This document shows positions 49,196-53,350 of a DNA stretch of 53,350 bases, one piece after another. A program made the position numbers and the translations under genes. The stretch comes from an uncultured Anaerolineales bacterium (lineage in GTDB: Bacteria > Chloroflexota > Anaerolineae > B4-G1 > SLSP01), in contig CAZPJP010000008.1 of the NCBI GenBank assembly GCA_964586915.1, positions 1 to 53,350 of the forward strand. The letters run 5' to 3'. The notes under the pieces are model-generated. The model had not been told where the DNA came from. It saw nothing but the letters and a program-made list of their open reading frames with translations, and made no database searches. Each line of letters starts with the position of its first letter. Position 1 is the stretch's first letter.

Positions 49196-49840
49196 GTGAA
49201 GGTAGAGCTGATCGCGATCACCCAATATCTTAGGAGCGATGGCAGGCCCGAGAGCCTTATCGAGCACGCCGGACGCGTCTGCTACCGCAGCCAGAGCCGC
49301 GGCAATCCAGCGGCGTTCCTGCGCGCCCGTCTGAAGGAGGGGCACGAGAGCATTATCGAGCACGCCAGCGCGACCTTCGAAATCTCCGGCATCAGCCGCG
49401 CTTGCTCGCATCAACTCGTGCGCCACCGGTTGGCCTCCTACAGCCAGGAGAGCCAGCGGTATGTCGATATGTCGGATCCCCAGCTGGTGATCCCCGACGC
49501 GATTGCGGCAGATCCTGAGGCCCGCGCCGTCTGGGACGACCTCATCAAGGAGATGATCACGACCTACGGCAAGCTGCGCGAGCGCGGAATCCGTAAGGAG
49601 GATGCACGGTTCGTACTCCCCAACGCCACCGCCACCCGCATCGTTGTGACGATGAACTTCCGCGAGCTGCGGCACTTCTTTCACCTGCGCATCACGCCGG
49701 AGGCGCAGTGGGAGATCCGCGAGATGGCCATGAGGATGCTGACGCTGCTGGCGCCGCATGCACCAACCGTCTTTGGCGATATGATATCCGAGATTCGAGA
49801 CACCCACCCGGAGTTCTTTGAGGACCACGATCTGACTTAG
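49196..49840 (+). CDS. thyX: FAD-dependent thymidylate synthase ThyX
   Basis: ThyX motif HQLVRHRLASYSQESQRY (RHRxxSxxxxSxR). GTG start with a G-rich RBS. Confidence 0.93.
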   Translation: MKVELIAITQYLRSDGRPESLIEHAGRVCYRSQSRGNPAAFLRARLKEGHESIIEHASATFEISGISRACSHQLVRHRLASYSQESQRYVDMSDPQLVIPDAIAADPEARAVWDDLIKEMITTYGKLRERGIRKEDARFVLPNATATRIVVTMNFRELRHFFHLRITPEAQWEIREMAMRMLTLLAPHAPTVFGDMISEIRDTHPEFFEDHDLT

Positions 49841-49848
49841 GATAGCTT

Positions 49849-51132
49849 ATGACCCAGAATACTGAATTGCCGCTCGCAGCGCTGGCGTCGGGGAGGCGCG
49901 CTAAGGACACCGAGCTCAGGCACTACGCTCTGCAGTTTGCCGAGCTCGAGATGCTGAACGAGGTCCTCGACGTCGTGCCGAACCCGGTGATGATCCTCAA
50001 CGCTTACCGACAGATCGTCCACGCCAATCAGGCTATGGCAGAGCTCGTCGGGATCGACGATCCAGGGCAGTTGGTCGGTATGCGCCCCGGCGAGGCGCTC
50101 AACTGCATTCACGCCAATGAGTCAGAAGGAGGATGCGGCACCACACCCTACTGCATGTTCTGCGGTGGCGCTCGAGCCATCCTCGAGGCGCAAGGAGGCC
50201 AAGCCGCAGTTGAGGAGTGTCGCGTTGCCCGTTCGCTCGCCGAGACTCCCGCCGCATTGGACCTGCGCGTCTGGACCCGTCCCTACACCCTTGAGGACGA
50301 GACTTTCACCATCTTTGTAGCAACCGACATCAGCGATCAAAAACGACGTCAAGCCCTGGAGCGTATCTTCTTCCACGACATCCTAAACAGCGTCCAGAAG
50401 ATGCGCAGCGCCCTCGACCTGCTGCGGGAAGCCGATGCGTCCCAGAGGGCGCAGCTGACGGGCATCCTCAACCGCGCTCTCGAGGACTTAGTACGGGAGA
50501 TCCAGGCACAGCGCGACCTCATGGCGATGGAGAGCGAGGAGCTCACCCTGAAGCCCACTGTCATCAGCGCCGAGAAGCTGGTGAAGGAGTACGTTGACTC
50601 CTACAAGCACGCTGCAAGGTGGGACGGGCACAAGCTCCAGGTGTCGCCGCGCAGCAAAGAAGTCGTCTTTGTCGCCGACCGGACGCAGCTGCAACGGGTG
50701 CTCGATAATATGATCAAGAACGCCCTGGAGGCGGAGCGCGGACAGACCACCGTGACGGTGGGATATCGCCGGCGCGCCGGTGACAGAGCGGACGCAGTCA
50801 AGGGCAATGGGGACTCGGAGGAGGCCCAGGTGGAGTTTTGGGTCCACAATCCGACGCCTATCCCCGAGCCGGTGCAACACCAGATCTTCCAACGGTCGTT
50901 CTCGACGAAGGGCCCGGGGCGGGGTCTGGGGACGTACAGCATGAGGATGCTCACAGAGCGGTATCTGGAGGGCGAGATCGACTTCAGCTCGGAGCCTGAA
51001 ACGGGCACGACGTTCCGCGTGCGCTATCCCATCACGCCGACGTATGCAAAGAACGGGCGGGCGCCGGAGCCATCCGAGCGGACACCGGAGCCGTCCGGGC
51101 CGCCGTCTGCGCCGCTCAAAGGATCAAAGTGA
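49849..51132 (+). CDS. Sensor histidine kinase (PAS-like input with 4-Cys motif, HisKA, HATPase_c); no cognate response regulator adjacent
   Basis: H-box FFHDILNS, N-box DNMIKNALEA, G-box GRGLGTYS, and CIHANESEGGCGTTPYCMFC in the input domain. Confidence 0.88.
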   Translation: MTQNTELPLAALASGRRAKDTELRHYALQFAELEMLNEVLDVVPNPVMILNAYRQIVHANQAMAELVGIDDPGQLVGMRPGEALNCIHANESEGGCGTTPYCMFCGGARAILEAQGGQAAVEECRVARSLAETPAALDLRVWTRPYTLEDETFTIFVATDISDQKRRQALERIFFHDILNSVQKMRSALDLLREADASQRAQLTGILNRALEDLVREIQAQRDLMAMESEELTLKPTVISAEKLVKEYVDSYKHAARWDGHKLQVSPRSKEVVFVADRTQLQRVLDNMIKNALEAERGQTTVTVGYRRRAGDRADAVKGNGDSEEAQVEFWVHNPTPIPEPVQHQIFQRSFSTKGPGRGLGTYSMRMLTERYLEGEIDFSSEPETGTTFRVRYPITPTYAKNGRAPEPSERTPEPSGPPSAPLKGSK

Positions 51133-52392
51133 CGGGCCCCAGCGCATCATGACCACATTTCTGACAGGCAGCCAGACCCCCTGACGCCCGTCAGCCGGCA
51201 ACCAGATCAGCCGATTGGCCGGCGCGCCAGATCCCGGCGCTGCCGTCGGCGGCTCCGGCACCGCAGCGAGGGCGCCCCGTCCGTTCTCAGCCCACAGGAC
51301 AGCTGCCAGCGGATACGCATCCTCCCGGATCGGGACCGGCTCCTCGCCTGCCGGGATCCTGTGCATCCTGAACGGAAGCGGCTCATCAGGTATCTCCGTG
51401 GTCGCAGCGATAAAGACAAGCACGGCGTCCTCCAGGACGTGAGGATACGCCGCCAGGTTGCGGACACCCTCAGACTCCGCTGGAACGACGTGGCTCACGG
51501 CGCCGGTGCCTGCATCCACACGCATCAAGCCCGGCCCCGTGCCTGCAAGCGAGCGACCGGCACCGTAGAGCGTGTCGCCTTGGGGCCCCCACGCTATGTC
51601 GCACGGCACGCACCTGAAGGTAGGCCATCCACCCCGGGGGGAGGCTCCGTCAGCCGGGATCAACCCCATCCAGGATTCCAGTGTATCGGTCAGTGGATGG
51701 TGATGGAACGCGACAAGTAACCGCTGCTCGTGAAGTCCACCGGTCCCCTCTGGAGACCACGCCACCACACGATCGAAGATCCGCGGGCCGGGCGGCGCCA
51801 CCCGCGGATCGGAGCGAGGCTCGTTGGTGACGATCACCTCAGCCGCGCCGACGGCGGGCGTGGTCCAATGGACGCCGTCGTGGATGTAAGCCAGCATCAG
51901 CCCATCGGGCGACCAACGGGGTGTGGCAACCCGTCCCTCAATGGCGACCGTCTCGCCCAAGAACGGGTCGGTAGGGGTCGGGAGCGCGGGTCCCGTGGCC
52001 AACACGCTCCGGCCCTCACCAAACGCGTCCGTCCAGATCAGGCTGTTACCGCTGATGTAGGCCAGCCCACCGTCCGCCGGTGAGAGATCCAGGTCGGTGA
52101 TGGTGGCACCCTCGTTGGTGATCCGCTCGAGGGTCTCACCGTCCTCCTCGAGACGCCAGATCTGCCCGTCGGTAGCAGAGATCAGATAGACAGAAGCCGG
52201 CAGGATGGGGAGCGGTAAAGATGGCAGCGTATCGTCAAGGACGGCGGTCTCCGTTGGAGCCGGCGTGGGCGTGACAATCGGGTAGAGCCCGCAGGCTGAC
52301 AGCAGCAGGCCGACGAGACAGAGGAGCTGCGTCACAGCAAAGTGGTTGGCGCGCTCACGCCCTCCCATCTCCCTGCTACGCAAAGATCTCAC
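51124..52392 (-). CDS. Beta-propeller (TolB/PD40-like) lipoprotein
   Basis: Lipobox LLSAC. Repeated motifs resemble PD40 repeats ([28 protein letters not shown]). The family call is tentative. Confidence 0.6.
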   Translation of the reverse strand: MRSLRSREMGGRERANHFAVTQLLCLVGLLLSACGLYPIVTPTPAPTETAVLDDTLPSLPLPILPASVYLISATDGQIWRLEEDGETLERITNEGATITDLDLSPADGGLAYISGNSLIWTDAFGEGRSVLATGPALPTPTDPFLGETVAIEGRVATPRWSPDGLMLAYIHDGVHWTTPAVGAAEVIVTNEPRSDPRVAPPGPRIFDRVVAWSPEGTGGLHEQRLLVAFHHHPLTDTLESWMGLIPADGASPRGGWPTFRCVPCDIAWGPQGDTLYGAGRSLAGTGPGLMRVDAGTGAVSHVVPAESEGVRNLAAYPHVLEDAVLVFIAATTEIPDEPLPFRMHRIPAGEEPVPIREDAYPLAAVLWAENGRGALAAVPEPPTAAPGSGAPANRLIWLPADGRQGVWLPVRNVVMMRWGPSL

Positions 52393-52730
52393 GCCGCCTC
52401 GAAGCCGAGGGCGCGCTCGCGCAGGCTCACGTAGCGATTTTCACCGATAACGAGGTGATCGAGCACCTCAACCTCCAGCAGCTTACCGGCCTCCACGAGC
52501 CGCCGAGTCAGCGCGACGTCCTCGGGCGAGGGGTTGGGATCGCCGGAGGGGTGGTTGTGGGCGACGATGACGGCGGCGCAATTGCGCCGCACAGCGCCGC
52601 GAAAGACCTCACCAATGCGGACCAGAGAGGTGTTGAGGCTGCCCTTATAGAGGATCTCGCGCGCCGTCACGCGGTTGCGGGTGTCAAGATATAAGATGAC
52701 GAAATTCTCATACTCCTGGACACAAATCAC
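52389..52730 (-). CDS. radC: RadC-family JAB/MPN domain protein, 5-prime truncated (JAB domain only)
   Basis: [16 protein letters not shown]...[15 protein letters not shown]...[25 protein letters not shown] (the HNHPSG JAB motif). The only in-frame start near the domain is GTG 52730. Upstream of that the frame reads as Arg/Ser-rich antisense-type sequence. Confidence 0.7.
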   Translation of the reverse strand: MICVQEYENFVILYLDTRNRVTAREILYKGSLNTSLVRIGEVFRGAVRRNCAAVIVAHNHPSGDPNPSPEDVALTRRLVEAGKLLEVEVLDHLVIGENRYVSLRERALGFEAA

Positions 52731-53185
52731 AACAGAATCTGGTCTTCGGCACCCGGATCGTCCTCGGCGAGCTGAAGTTCCTGAAGACGCTGCGCTCCAT
52801 TGAGCTCTCAAACCAATCGGGACAGGGTATTTCCAGGGTCGCCTCCTGGGCGTGGCTGAAGGCGCACACGCCGAGGAGCTACGACCAGCTGATCGAGAAG
52901 CTACAGGAGCACGGCTCGCGTCGCTCGCACACCATCCGTACCGAGATGCGCCAACTCGCCCAAGTGTTTCAATGGTGCGAGGAGCATAACATCGAGATGT
53001 CATTGTTCGACCTTCCCGGACATATGACCAACTACCGTGTGGCGGCGAGCTATCTGTATCATAGGGTCTTTGACGCCTCAAGCAAACAGGAGGCTGAGCA
53101 ACGAATCCGGGATGCAGTAGTCGCGATCAACAGCCACACCGCTAACAAGGATACTCGAGCGATGGTGCAGGCATCTCGTCAGTGA
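52700..53185 (+). pseudogene. 5-prime-truncated ORF of unknown function (open frame without a start codon until ATG 52946)
   Basis: The frame is open from 52700 and reads protein-like ([84 protein letters not shown]...). It contains no ATG, GTG or TTG before 52946. A strong terminator follows. Confidence 0.4.
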
Positions 53186-53228
53186 TCGAGACAAAAAGGC
53201 CTACCTACTGGCAAGTCCTTGACTCAGC

Positions 53229-53264
53229 GAACGCCCCACGCAGGATGTGGGGCGTTCTTCTTTT
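53229..53264 (+). terminator. Rho-independent terminator
   Basis: 11-bp perfect stem gaacgccccac/gtggggcgttc, loop gcaggat, followed by ttctttt. Confidence 0.75.
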
Positions 53265-53305
53265 AGGGTCCGAGACTTACCGCAATCGAGAGCCTAGCGC
53301 GGAGT

Positions 53306-53334
53306 TCGCAATTATGCGCAAAAATGGTATAATG
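53306..53334 (+). promoter_or_regulatory. Candidate sigma-70 promoter reading out of the window
   Basis: TTCGCA (53306-53311), 17-nt spacer, TGgTATAAT extended -10 (TATAAT 53329-53334). Lies in a locally AT-rich stretch. Confidence 0.45.
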
Positions 53335-53350
53335 TTCTTATGGTTACCAG

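Noticed and set aside
52731-53081. Upstream 117 codons of the 230-aa minus-strand ORF, as a possible RadC N-terminal domain.
   Set aside because: The sequence ([13 protein letters not shown]...[14 protein letters not shown]) is Arg/Ser-rich antisense-type translation with no HhH motif. The plus strand carries the more protein-like frame there.
53313-53321. TTATGCGCA, the reverse complement of the XerC-arm core (TGCGCATAA) of the E. coli dif site, considered given Xer and FtsK genes in the window.
   Set aside because: No matching second arm (TTATGTTAAAT-like) lies at the required 6-nt spacing in either orientation. The match is only 9 nt and overlaps a plausible promoter spacer.
1-53350. By-eye search for tRNA, rRNA, tmRNA, SRP RNA, transposase/IS ends and CRISPR arrays in all intergenic gaps longer than 150 nt (3378-3659, 18998-19173, 28037-28206, 38510-38724, 41114-41298, 43649-43829, 44985-45168, 53186-53350).
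   Set aside because: I found no T-loop GGTTCGA-type motif in a non-coding context, no cloverleaf-compatible segment, no terminal inverted repeats and no repeat-spacer arrays. A covariance-model scan would be needed to exclude small ncRNAs.

Overview
High-GC bacterial chromosomal window with dense, mostly housekeeping gene content. I count about 45 protein genes, frequent GTG starts and frequent 1-16 nt stop/start overlaps. The gene set (ThyX, GT28 MGDG-synthase-like transferase, BMP-type nucleoside ABC transporter, long acidic S1) suggests a Chloroflexota-like organism, but that is inference only. By eye I found no rRNA, tRNA, CRISPR array, transposase or integrase.

Recognisable genes, in order:
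- rnc, clpC, a BMP-lipoprotein/ABC nucleoside-type uptake operon, and rsmF.
- A long minus-strand string: Xer recombinase, punA, an unknown membrane protein, a GNAT, a membrane-tethered HTH regulator, an S1-paralogue and ftsK.
- GT28 glycosyltransferase, DUF951, rhomboid, gmk, an FmdB zinc ribbon, an enoyl-reductase-like SDR, rpsA, infA, a nitroreductase, recF, glgP and prmC.
- rfbB, a TtcA-like PP-loop ATPase, kptA, an AlkP-family phosphodiesterase, DUF1232, leuS, thyX, an orphan histidine kinase, a beta-propeller lipoprotein and a RadC JAB remnant.

The most interesting locus is 32540-38509 (minus strand). An intact XPB/Ssl2(ERCC3)-type helicase is followed, tightly coupled, by two large paralogous proteins. 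These are built from the same ~90-aa module as the XPB N-terminal domain and the eukaryotic p52/Tfb2 region that contacts XPB. It looks like a three-protein bacterial 'mini-TFIIH-core-like' system of unknown function, apparently transcribed from a near-leaderless promoter.

Secondary observations:
- A polytopic membrane protein fused to a sigma-region-4-like HTH.
- Tandem acidic repeats in S1.
- Two large insertions in LeuS.
- A 4-Cys motif in the sensor domain of an orphan kinase.
- An uncharacterised three-gene membrane cluster.
- A rearrangement scar at 52.7 kb where a RadC gene and an opposing ORF both lose their 5-prime ends.

All family calls rest on motifs read by eye. No database search was run.
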